Shown: piece after piece, positions 55,914 to 64,000 of the stretch
Layout of the letters: every line of letters starts with the position of its first letter
Numbering within the stretch: position 1 is the first letter of the stretch
DNA from: a bacterium
GTDB taxonomy: Bacteria; Patescibacteriota; Patescibacteriia; UBA10025
Direction: 5' to 3'
Assembly (NCBI GenBank): GCA_021815445.1
Contig: JAKAGM010000001.1
Location: 403,710 to 467,709 of the forward strand
DNA length: 64,000 nucleotides
The notes under the pieces: generated by a model
What the model saw: the letters and a program-made list of their open reading frames with translations, nothing else
Told to the model about the DNA's origin: nothing
The model's database searches: none
Position numbers and translations under genes: made by a program

Positions 55914-56938
55914 TTAAGGTATTTCTGCTTATTGGCCAAATGCTCTTCGTAGGTCGTGCTGAAGACAGTCGATCCGTCGGGCTTGGTAAGAAAATAGAGA
56001 TATGCGGACTTTGTGGGGTTGGCAACAGCTTCGAGAGATGCAAGCGAAGGATTATCTATCGGGCCCGGGGGGAGTCCTTTGACCTTATAGGTATTATACG
56101 GGGAATCCGTGGCCACATCGTCATTGGTCGGCTGAAGGGCCTGTTTGCCGGTGACATAATTCACAGTCGCGTCGGACTGGAGGGGCATGCCCTGCTTGAG
56201 ACGCTCCAAAAAAATTCCGGCGGCGATGTGCCTGTCTTCAGCGGTTCGGACTTCTTTTTCCACGATGCTCGCAAGTGTTACAGCCTGATATACAGTGAGT
56301 CCCTCGGCTTTGACCTCCGAGCGCATTTCCTGGGTGAATTTCTTGCCGAATGTATCGAGCATTTTTTCTACTATTTGGTCGGCTCGCGTATTTTTATATA
56401 ACCTGTACGTATCCGGGAAAAGGTAGCCCTCGAGCCCCGCTGTCGCCGGCTTATCGGCCAAAAAATCGTAGTTCTTGTCAGGAATGAGCTTGCGCGTGTC
56501 AGCAGTTTCGGCGGCCAGTATGAACTCCTGTGAGGTAACAACGCCTTTCTTTTTGAGGTATTCTGCGATCTCCTGAGTAGTCCACCCTTCGAGAATTGTT
56601 ATCTGCTGTTCCTGGGAAACGAGACCGCTGGTCAGGACATGCACGATATCGCGGATAGGCTGCGATGGGGAAAGGTCGTAGGTACCCGCGACAAAACGGG
56701 ACCCCGAACCGTCGAGACGGACGAAAATTCGAAAATCAGTCGCACTGGCAATAATCCCCTGCTGTTGCAGCGCGTCGGCAACAGCGCCTGCCGATGCGCC
56801 CTCGTCGACGGTAAAAAACTTTGTAGGAGCGTATCCTGCTACAGGCGTCGATACTTTATGCCAGAATGTCCACCCGGCTATTCCGGCGCCCGCTGCAGCA
56901 AGCGCGATAATAATGCTGACAACGAAAAGCTTCCTCAT
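55910..56938 (-). CDS. mltG: endolytic transglycosylase MltG
   Basis: EGYLFPDTY, LASIVEKE, LQSDAT, SPYNTY...GLPPGPI.NP, YLYF. Confidence 0.95.
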   Translation of the reverse strand: MRKLFVVSIIIALAAAGAGIAGWTFWHKVSTPVAGYAPTKFFTVDEGASAGAVADALQQQGIIASATDFRIFVRLDGSGSRFVAGTYDLSPSQPIRDIVHVLTSGLVSQEQQITILEGWTTQEIAEYLKKKGVVTSQEFILAAETADTRKLIPDKNYDFLADKPATAGLEGYLFPDTYRLYKNTRADQIVEKMLDTFGKKFTQEMRSEVKAEGLTVYQAVTLASIVEKEVRTAEDRHIAAGIFLERLKQGMPLQSDATVNYVTGKQALQPTNDDVATDSPYNTYKVKGLPPGPIDNPSLASLEAVANPTKSAYLYFLTKPDGSTVFSTTYEEHLANKQKYLK

Positions 56939-56954
56939 GAACGCGCTGAATGGA

Positions 56955-58028
56955 TTAGAGATAGCGCAGCCATTTCTTTTTTTTGATTATTTCAACTATT
57001 TTTTTGACGTCCTGCGCGTGTTCCCTGTCGCACACGAGCACGGCGTCCTGTGTATTAATCACCAGCAAATCCTCGACGCCGGCTGTGGCGACAAGCTTGT
57101 CCGAGAAATTAAGTATCATACTGTTGTGAGTTGCCACCCCGACATGCTTCCCGCGCACGGTATTCCCTCCGGGGTCGCTGTCCATCATCTCGTGCACGGT
57201 GCGCCAATGTCCGATGTCCGCCCAACCGAGTGATGCCGGAACCACCAGCATTTTCTTCAGCTTTTCCATAATGCCGTAATCAATGGAAACGGCGGGCATT
57301 TTTGGAAATTCTTTCTTTATGACAGATGCTTCATGAGCCGTCCCCAGCGATCGCTGGATATTCATTAAAATACGGTAATGGACAGGCATAAATTTTTTAT
57401 AGAGCTCGAGAAGCGTATCAACGCGCCATGCGAACATCGCGGGATTCCACAGGTACTCCCATCGCTTCACATACAGCTTGGCGTGGGCAATATCGGGTTT
57501 CTCGATAAAACGATCCGCGTAATATATCTTATGTCTGCCTACAGTCTGGTAACGGCGGGAGAGTTTGATGTAGCCATACCCGGTTTCAGGATATGTCGGC
57601 TCAATTCCTACAAGGACGGAATAACCGGGATTTTTTTTGATAACCGCCTCAACCTGCCCTGCCGTCCGACGATACGCACTTTCATCCAGGACGACATGAT
57701 CGGCGTTCACGGTAAAAAGAATCTCATGCGGATCTTTTTTCGCTATGCGGATCGCCGCGAGACCGATTGCCGCCGCAGTCTCACGCTTCGCGGGCTCATA
57801 TGAGTAATGAATTGGCAGCCCGCCAAGCTGATGTGTAATAAGCGGCGCGTGGCGGATGTTCGTGGCAATGAGAATATTCTGCAATGAAAAAATTTTTCGT
57901 GTGCGGCGAAATGTCCGCTGGAGCAACGTCTCTTTGCCCAAGAAGCTTTTGAGCTGTTTAGGAGAATCGCGGCGCGATAACGGCCACAACCGCGTTCCTC
58001 CCCCTCCGGCTAATATCACTGCTATCAT
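56955..58028 (-). CDS. manC: mannose-1-phosphate guanylyltransferase
   Basis: VILAGG.GTRLWPLSR...PKQ, EP..R.TA, ETGYGYI, F.EKP, SIDYGIMEK, W.D.G.W. Confidence 0.92.
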   Translation of the reverse strand: MIAVILAGGGGTRLWPLSRRDSPKQLKSFLGKETLLQRTFRRTRKIFSLQNILIATNIRHAPLITHQLGGLPIHYSYEPAKRETAAAIGLAAIRIAKKDPHEILFTVNADHVVLDESAYRRTAGQVEAVIKKNPGYSVLVGIEPTYPETGYGYIKLSRRYQTVGRHKIYYADRFIEKPDIAHAKLYVKRWEYLWNPAMFAWRVDTLLELYKKFMPVHYRILMNIQRSLGTAHEASVIKKEFPKMPAVSIDYGIMEKLKKMLVVPASLGWADIGHWRTVHEMMDSDPGGNTVRGKHVGVATHNSMILNFSDKLVATAGVEDLLVINTQDAVLVCDREHAQDVKKIVEIIKKKKWLRYL

Positions 58029-58035
58029 AGTTTTT

Positions 58036-58680
58036 TTATGCTCCCCATTCTGACGGGATAAGCGGAACGAATTGGAATCCTGGGAAACGTTTTTGAGTCA
58101 TTTCGGTTTTAGAAATTTTGTCCATGCGGACAATGTCCTGCTCGTACTCTCCATGAGGGATCACGAGCCTGCCCCCGACTTTGAGCTGGTCAACAAGATC
58201 CTGTGGGATCTCCTTCGCTCCCGCGCCAACAATAATCTTATCATACGGAGCCCCTTCTTCATATCCCCTCGTGCCGTCGCCCACAATAAACGCCACATTC
58301 GGGAGCGGGTATTTTTGGACATTGGCTTTTCCAAACTCCAAAAGCGGGCGAATGCGTTCGATGGCAATAACTTTTCCTGCCTTCCCCACGATCCAGGCGA
58401 GTAGCGCCGTTTGCCATCCTGATCCGGAACCGACATCGAGAATAATGTCCCCGACTCTCGGCTCGAGTAATTCAAGCATAAAAGCTACTGTCAGCGGCTG
58501 GGAGATGGTCTGCCCATACCCGATAGGCAACGGAGAATTCACCGGAGCATCCTGCCGCAAGTCCGGCGCGACAAAATCCGCCCGATCAATATGACGGAAC
58601 GCGTCAATAATGCGCGGGGTCAGCAAGTACCCTTCGGCGATCAATTGCTCTATAAGTGTGTCTTTCCTCGCCGGATCCAT
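58036..58680 (-). CDS. pcm: protein-L-isoaspartate O-methyltransferase
   Basis: GQTISQP, LDVGSGSGW, APYD.I, L..QLK.GG.LV.P, FVPL. Confidence 0.95.
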   Translation of the reverse strand: MDPARKDTLIEQLIAEGYLLTPRIIDAFRHIDRADFVAPDLRQDAPVNSPLPIGYGQTISQPLTVAFMLELLEPRVGDIILDVGSGSGWQTALLAWIVGKAGKVIAIERIRPLLEFGKANVQKYPLPNVAFIVGDGTRGYEEGAPYDKIIVGAGAKEIPQDLVDQLKVGGRLVIPHGEYEQDIVRMDKISKTEMTQKRFPGFQFVPLIPSEWGA

Positions 58681-58992
58681 TAATGAAAGTATATCAGATG
58701 TGCTTCCGTGCGAAAAGGAAAAAAGCCCCGGGCTTGCGCAAAGCGCCAAACTCTGCTAACTATTACTCGGGTAATAGGAATCATTCTTAGTTTGCACAGA
58801 TCTTGACAAAGGAAACATTCTATTACTTAATGCACTGCGCTATGTGCATAAGGTGTGCGCAAGGATACGTTGTTGATAACATGTAAGTTGTGGTTTAATT
58901 CAAGTTCCCTCCGAGTTCCTTCTTTGGATACTTCCGACCCCCTATATTTAAAGGGAAATCGCGAAAGTCCCTCACTTTAACTCAAAAAAATT

Positions 58993-60741
58993 TTGATTCC
59001 CTTCCTTTCCAACGACAATCAGTATACCCAACTTTGGAAAGCTATCGAACACGACGGCTTGGTTTCGAGCGATCAGTTTAAAGATGCCACAAAACAGGCA
59101 AAAAAAGAGGGGCGGCACATCGCAGAGATTCTCATGACCAACCATGAATCCCTGCAAACCAAGCTTTTGCACGCTTTTTCGGAATACTACGAGATCCCTG
59201 AAGTGCATCTGAAAAACAGAGTTATCGCTCCGTACATTCTCCAGATGATACCTAAAGAGTTGGCGGAAGAACATTCGGTCGTTATCTTTAAGAAAATGAA
59301 GGATGTTATCTCCGTGGCAGTTACCAATCCGGAAAGCACGCAGACGCTTGCCTTTATTGAAAAGAAAACGGGACTCAAGCCCCAAGTATACCTGACCACG
59401 CCAGAAGATATCGCCTTTACTCTGAAACGGTATCAAACTGAGATTAAGAGTGAGTTTGCCCGCATCATCGATGACAGCATCAGTGAATCTCTTTCGCTCT
59501 ACGAGACACCCGACAAGCTGGCGGAGCACGTGCCGATTATCAAAATAGTGGATTCAATCTTCGATAGGGCGGTCTCCCAGCGAGCATCTGATATTCACAT
59601 TGAGCCGCGGGAAGATACCATCTATGTTCGTTTCAGGATCGACGGTCTCTTGTCAAACATCGTAGACCTGCCTAAGGAACTCCTGCCGGCGCTGGCGACC
59701 CGCATTAAAATCATGGCGCACTTGAAAATCGACGAACATCGTCGTCCCCAGGACGGACGGTTAAAATTTTCTTCGATGAACCGCGATATTGCCATGCGGG
59801 TTTCTGTCATCCCCACCCTCCACGGAAGCAAAGTGGTACTCCGCCTCCTCGATACCAAGGAACAGCAGTTCACTCTGCGCAACCTCGGTTTTAATTCCCG
59901 CGATCTCAGTGTCATCAAAGGCGAGATGGTGAAGCCACACGGCATCATCCTCGTGACCGGACCGACAGGCTCCGGAAAGACCACGACGCTCTACAGCATC
60001 CTCCGCATGCTCAATAAAGAAGAAGTGAACATCTGCACGATCGAGGATCCCATCGAGTACGGGCTCGAGGGAGTCAACCAGACGCAGGTATCGGCCGTCG
60101 CGGGCTTAACGTTCGCCAACGGTCTCCGGTCCCTGCTCAGGCAGGATCCCGATATCATCATGGTGGGCGAGATCCGAGATACTGAGACGGCGGACATGGC
60201 CTACAACGCCGCCATGACAGGGCATCTCGTGCTCTCCACGCTCCATACGAACAACGCCTTTCTCGCCATTCAGAGACTTGTCGAGATGGGCATCGAACCT
60301 TTCCTGACCGCGTCAATTACTAATCTGATCATCGGCCAGCGCCTCGTCCGTCGGATTTGCGCGCACTGCAAGACTGCGTACCATTCAACGCCGAAAGTCC
60401 TGGAAGATTACACGGCTATTTTTGCCATTCCCGACATCATACGAAAACTGCAGGATAATAAAATTATTGATGCCGAATTGCCGATCAACCGGCTTCAGCT
60501 TTTTTATGGCAAAGGATGCGAGCGTTGCAACGGCACCGGCTATCGCGGACGCGTCGGCATTTATGAAGTCGTAAAGATGAGCGAGGCGCTCTCCCATGTC
60601 ATATTAAAGAATCCCTCCCAGGACAATGTGAGGCACCAGGCGGTGCAGGACGGCACGCTCACAATGACTGAAGACGGTATTATGAAAGTGCTTTCCGGCA
60701 TCACCACGTTCGAAGAAGTTTTACGTGTAACTAAACAATAA
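58993..60741 (+). CDS. pilB: type IV pilus assembly ATPase (PilB/GspE)
   Basis: ASDIHIEP, RPQDG, GPTGSGKT, TIEDPIE, RQDPD...GEIRD, TGHLV.STLH, CxxC...CxxC. Confidence 0.95.
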   Translation: MIPFLSNDNQYTQLWKAIEHDGLVSSDQFKDATKQAKKEGRHIAEILMTNHESLQTKLLHAFSEYYEIPEVHLKNRVIAPYILQMIPKELAEEHSVVIFKKMKDVISVAVTNPESTQTLAFIEKKTGLKPQVYLTTPEDIAFTLKRYQTEIKSEFARIIDDSISESLSLYETPDKLAEHVPIIKIVDSIFDRAVSQRASDIHIEPREDTIYVRFRIDGLLSNIVDLPKELLPALATRIKIMAHLKIDEHRRPQDGRLKFSSMNRDIAMRVSVIPTLHGSKVVLRLLDTKEQQFTLRNLGFNSRDLSVIKGEMVKPHGIILVTGPTGSGKTTTLYSILRMLNKEEVNICTIEDPIEYGLEGVNQTQVSAVAGLTFANGLRSLLRQDPDIIMVGEIRDTETADMAYNAAMTGHLVLSTLHTNNAFLAIQRLVEMGIEPFLTASITNLIIGQRLVRRICAHCKTAYHSTPKVLEDYTAIFAIPDIIRKLQDNKIIDAELPINRLQLFYGKGCERCNGTGYRGRVGIYEVVKMSEALSHVILKNPSQDNVRHQAVQDGTLTMTEDGIMKVLSGITTFEEVLRVTKQ

Positions 60742-60750
60742 CAAAAAACT

Positions 60751-61959
60751 ATGGCCATATTTTTCTACACCGCTCTCGATAAAGCCAACTCATACGTGAA
60801 AGGTAAAATTGAGGCAAAGAATGACCGCCAGGCATACCAGCAATTGGAGAAAGAAGGTTTTATGGTCGTGAATGTCCAGCGCGAACTCCGTTCAAGATGG
60901 GAAAAAATAAACAGCATCCTCCAGCCCGTCAGCCGGCTTGACAGGATTTTTTTCACGCGGCATCTCTTTACTATGCTTGAATCCGGCATGGGTTTGGACC
61001 AGGCGGTCAAAGTCACGGCTGAGCAAACGACAAACGAGCGGTTTCGCGAGGTGCTTATGGATATCCACCGAAGAGTGCAGAAGGGCGAGTCATTTCACTC
61101 AAGCCTCGCGAAGCACGAGAAATATTTCAGCCATTTTTTCGTGAACTTTGTTAAAGTCGGCGAAGCGAGCGGCAAGCTCGACGAAGTGCTCGGCTACCTC
61201 CTCGAACAGCAGGAAAAAGACAATGACCTCTTCACCCAGGCGCGGAGCGCGATGCTTTATCCCTCTATTATTGTGACGGCGCTTTTTTTCATCGTTACCC
61301 TCATGATGGTTTTTGTTATTCCAAAAATCACTTCCATCCTCACCGAATACCATGTCAAGCTTCCGCTTGCCACGCGGATTCTTATCGGCACGAGCAACTT
61401 CCTCCTCCACTACGGCATTTTCCTCATCCCCGTGGTAGCGGTGGCTATTTATTTCTTTAATAAATGGAAAAAGAGCAAAAGGGGCAAATGGTATTGGGAC
61501 GGCTTCCTCCTCTCGATCCCCCGTCTCAAAGTGGTCATCATACAGTTTAATCTCGCGCGGTTCGCGCGGACGATGAGCGCACTCCTGAAGAGCGGCGTCA
61601 TCATCGATCAGGCGGTGAAACTTTCAAGCGAAGTCCTGAATAACAGCCGTTTCCGCTCATCGCTTACGGAGGGCATCGGCTTCATCCAAAAGGGCATTCC
61701 TCTCGCCGAGGTGCTCAAGGGCCATCCGAAAATTTATCCTCCCCTGGCAATCCGGATGGTGGAGGTCGGCGAAAAAACCGGAAAGATCGACCATATGTTC
61801 GGCCGCCTCGCAGTGTTCTATGAGCGCTCAGTAAGCTCGACGATGACAAACCTTGCTTCTATTATTGAGCCGGTCCTTCTCCTGTGCATCGGATTTACCG
61901 TGGGCTTCGTGGCCATTTCTGTTTTAACGCCCATTTGGAAATTTTCAGAAACAGTTTAA
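60751..61959 (+). CDS. pilC: type IV pilus platform protein (PilC/GspF)
   Basis: GE.SG.LD, A..YP, GEKTG, IEP. Confidence 0.95.
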   Translation: MAIFFYTALDKANSYVKGKIEAKNDRQAYQQLEKEGFMVVNVQRELRSRWEKINSILQPVSRLDRIFFTRHLFTMLESGMGLDQAVKVTAEQTTNERFREVLMDIHRRVQKGESFHSSLAKHEKYFSHFFVNFVKVGEASGKLDEVLGYLLEQQEKDNDLFTQARSAMLYPSIIVTALFFIVTLMMVFVIPKITSILTEYHVKLPLATRILIGTSNFLLHYGIFLIPVVAVAIYFFNKWKKSKRGKWYWDGFLLSIPRLKVVIIQFNLARFARTMSALLKSGVIIDQAVKLSSEVLNNSRFRSSLTEGIGFIQKGIPLAEVLKGHPKIYPPLAIRMVEVGEKTGKIDHMFGRLAVFYERSVSSTMTNLASIIEPVLLLCIGFTVGFVAISVLTPIWKFSETV

Positions 61960-61989
61960 CGCGTCGGTGCGATATATCTTGAGAATACT

Positions 61990-62427
61990 ATGAAAAGACC
62001 AACCGGATTTACACTCATTGAGCTCCTTGTCGTGATTGCAATCGTCGGCACATTGAGCGCAATCGCCGTTCCGTCATACCAGCTGATGCGAAAAAACGTC
62101 GCTCTTTCAAGCTACACCCAGGAAATTGTCAGTGCATTGCGTCTCGCACAGAATCGTTCAATCAGCTCACAAGGCGGAGTTACCCACGGAGTTCATTTTG
62201 ACGCTACTCAATATTCTGTGTATGACGGCACCTGGCCCGCAGCAAGCCCTCAAGTCAACACGCTTCAGGATGGCGTTCAAGTGGTGAGTGGCGCACCCGG
62301 GAACATAGAGTTCAAGCACCTGACTGGCGAAACAGCCGATGGGGTGGATCATACGTTTCAGATCGGTTTTCCCGGTGGCAGATCAAGTACAATCACCATT
62401 AAGGCTAACGGCAGCATTTCATCATAA
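61990..62427 (+). CDS. minor pilin (FimT/GspH-like)
   Basis: G|FTLIELLVV prepilin motif; LRLAQ.RS. Confidence 0.9.
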   Translation: MKRPTGFTLIELLVVIAIVGTLSAIAVPSYQLMRKNVALSSYTQEIVSALRLAQNRSISSQGGVTHGVHFDATQYSVYDGTWPAASPQVNTLQDGVQVVSGAPGNIEFKHLTGETADGVDHTFQIGFPGGRSSTITIKANGSISS

Positions 62428-62451
62428 ATGTCTACGCAACGAAGACATGGC

Positions 62452-62925
62452 ATGAAATCACAAAGCGGGACCAGCGTCATTGAGGTACTCATCGCCCTCG
62501 CGATGGTGAGCATTATTATCGTGAGTATAGGCAACGTGCTCTCCTCCGTGCACGCACGGGATACGAGTACCGCGAATCGAGACCGCGCGCTTGCCTACGC
62601 GAAAGAATCGCTCGATATGGTTGCAGACATCCAAAAAGTCTCGCTCTTCCCTCCGGCTGTTTTACCCGCGAATCCTTTGCATCTCGCTCTCGTAGGATCA
62701 GCGTGGCAGCTCGTGGCTGGTCCCGAGAGTCTCGCAACCGCTCCGCCGTTTGATCGTCGGGAAATAAAAGTAGAAAACATGTGGCGGGACGTAAACGGTA
62801 ACCTCGCTGACCCAGGCACAGGATCAGTGGACTCATCGACAAAAAAAATAACGGCCACAGTCTTTTGGAGCGAAGGAGGAAAAGCAAAGCAGCTGAGCCT
62901 CTCTACGGTACTGACGAAGCAGTAA
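62452..62925 (+). CDS. minor pilin (PilV-like)
   Basis: G|TSVIEVLIAL; K.ITATV.W. Confidence 0.85.
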   Translation: MKSQSGTSVIEVLIALAMVSIIIVSIGNVLSSVHARDTSTANRDRALAYAKESLDMVADIQKVSLFPPAVLPANPLHLALVGSAWQLVAGPESLATAPPFDRREIKVENMWRDVNGNLADPGTGSVDSSTKKITATVFWSEGGKAKQLSLSTVLTKQ

Positions 62926-62930
62926 AGCCT

Positions 62931-63440
62931 ATGAAACAAGCTCACAACACTACAAAAGGATTTACCCTTATTGAGCTGATGATTTATATCAGTATCGTAA
63001 CTGCCGCATTACTCGTCTTTACAAATTTCATGGTTGATGTCACCCACAACGCAGCCAAAGCGAAGGTTGCGAAAGAGGTTCAGCAAAATGCCCGGCTGAT
63101 TATGGCAAAAATGACGCAGGAGATCCGTTCGGGCTCAAGTGTCAATCGAACTGAGCTAGCTCACGGTAAACTCATCATTACCAAAGGAACATCAACGATT
63201 ACGTTCGCACGCAGCGGAGATGACATCACCTATGACGACAGCGCTGATGGACTGCCCGTTGAAACACTCACGAACCAGTTTGTGAAGGTAACGGACTTTA
63301 CTCTAGCCGAGAGCGGCACTAATGGCATTTCAATTCATATGACTATTCAACAAAAAGGCGATACTACGGCATCAGCTGGTTATGAGAGGGACCAAGTCTC
63401 CCTGTCATCCACTATCGTCCCCCGCTCAGCCCTGTACTAA
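62931..63440 (+). CDS. minor pilin (PilW-like)
   Basis: G|FTLIELMIY; Q.NAR..M..M..EIR. Confidence 0.88.
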   Translation: MKQAHNTTKGFTLIELMIYISIVTAALLVFTNFMVDVTHNAAKAKVAKEVQQNARLIMAKMTQEIRSGSSVNRTELAHGKLIITKGTSTITFARSGDDITYDDSADGLPVETLTNQFVKVTDFTLAESGTNGISIHMTIQQKGDTTASAGYERDQVSLSSTIVPRSALY

Positions 63441-63452
63441 TGGCTCCACAAA

Positions 63453-64000
63453 ATGAAACTCTCATCAGACAATAGAGGTGCAATCGCGATCATCACACTG
63501 TTAACGATCATGGTCTTCGCGATCATTGTTATGGCCACAGTGAGCGTTCTGGCAATTGATGACGCGCAGATGGGCAGCGCAGATATTGCCTCTGAGAAAA
63601 CTTTTTACGCCGCGGAAGCCGGCATTAATGAAGCGCTAAAACATATCAGCTTAAATCCGATCCCGGGAAATTTTGATCTGCCGCTCTCGGTAAGCGACGG
63701 AGTGCAGGTTCACATAGCCGTCGCGCCAAACCCCGCCGATCCTTACCAGCGCATTGTCACCTCCACAGCCGAGGACACGACCGGAAAGCAAAGAACGCTT
63801 GAGATTGTCGCTAATGCCACATCGTATGCCAGCAGTTTCGACTACGCCGTGCAGTCGGGGCAAGGCGGATTTAAGATGGCGAACGCAACGGTTATCGGCG
63901 ACCTTTTTTCTGACGGGTCAATAGATGCGGCAAATTCGTCGCAAATATTGGGAAACACATGGGTAGCCATCGAGGACCCGACACTGACCTATCCGCATCG
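63453..64000 (+). CDS. PilX-like minor pilin, truncated by the window end
   Basis: Manual translation MKLSSDNRG|AIAIITLL...FYAAEAGINEAL; prepilin lacking Glu5, as in PilX/GspK. Confidence 0.8.
   Translation, partial: MKLSSDNRGAIAIITLLTIMVFAIIVMATVSVLAIDDAQMGSADIASEKTFYAAEAGINEALKHISLNPIPGNFDLPLSVSDGVQVHIAVAPNPADPYQRIVTSTAEDTTGKQRTLEIVANATSYASSFDYAVQSGQGGFKMANATVIGDLFSDGSIDAANSSQILGNTWVAIEDPTLTYPH

Noticed and set aside
58750-58990. Possible riboswitch (e.g. c-di-GMP) upstream of pilB
   Set aside because: Only short hairpins; I could not match the conserved aptamer motifs.

Overview
A 64-kb chromosomal segment that looks like a Patescibacteria (CPR) genome. This is inferred from gene content: short TsaB, archaeal-type PyrH, rplJ-rplL unlinked from rplK/rplA/rpoB, DUF5667 and 7TM-sensor proteins, a type IV pilus cluster, and mostly SD-less or leaderless core genes. 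Core blocks are lower glycolysis and acetate (pgk-eno-gpmI-gpmI-ADP-forming acyl-CoA ligase), a short dcw cluster (mraZ-rsmH-ftsL-ftsI-murF), lexA plus a degenerate DinB, rplJL with its L10 leader, pyrH-mltG-manC-pcm, and pilB-pilC-minor pilins. Two accessory regions stand out. (1) 9.4-21 kb: an AT-rich SAM methyltransferase sits directly upstream of a 7TM-GAF-GAF histidine kinase whose sensor half shares the AT-rich composition. Nearby is an operon of two apparent pseudo-enzymes and three tandem 7TM-GAF receptors with no output domain. This is a candidate quorum-sensing or eavesdropping system with swappable specificity cassettes. (2) 31.7-39.7 kb plus scattered loci: single genes with host-like functions (PurH, a 3-hydroxyacyl-CoA dehydrogenase/enoyl-CoA hydratase fusion, MltD-like and CHAP lipoproteins, a lone zf-HC2 anti-sigma finger, a bacteriocin-like lipoprotein). 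Unlike the core genes, these carry strong Shine-Dalgarno sites and their own terminators, and several are separated by GTAG-type REP hairpin doublets near a Y1/RAYT transposase. No rRNA, tRNA or CRISPR array was recognised. All family calls come from reading motifs by eye; no searches were run.
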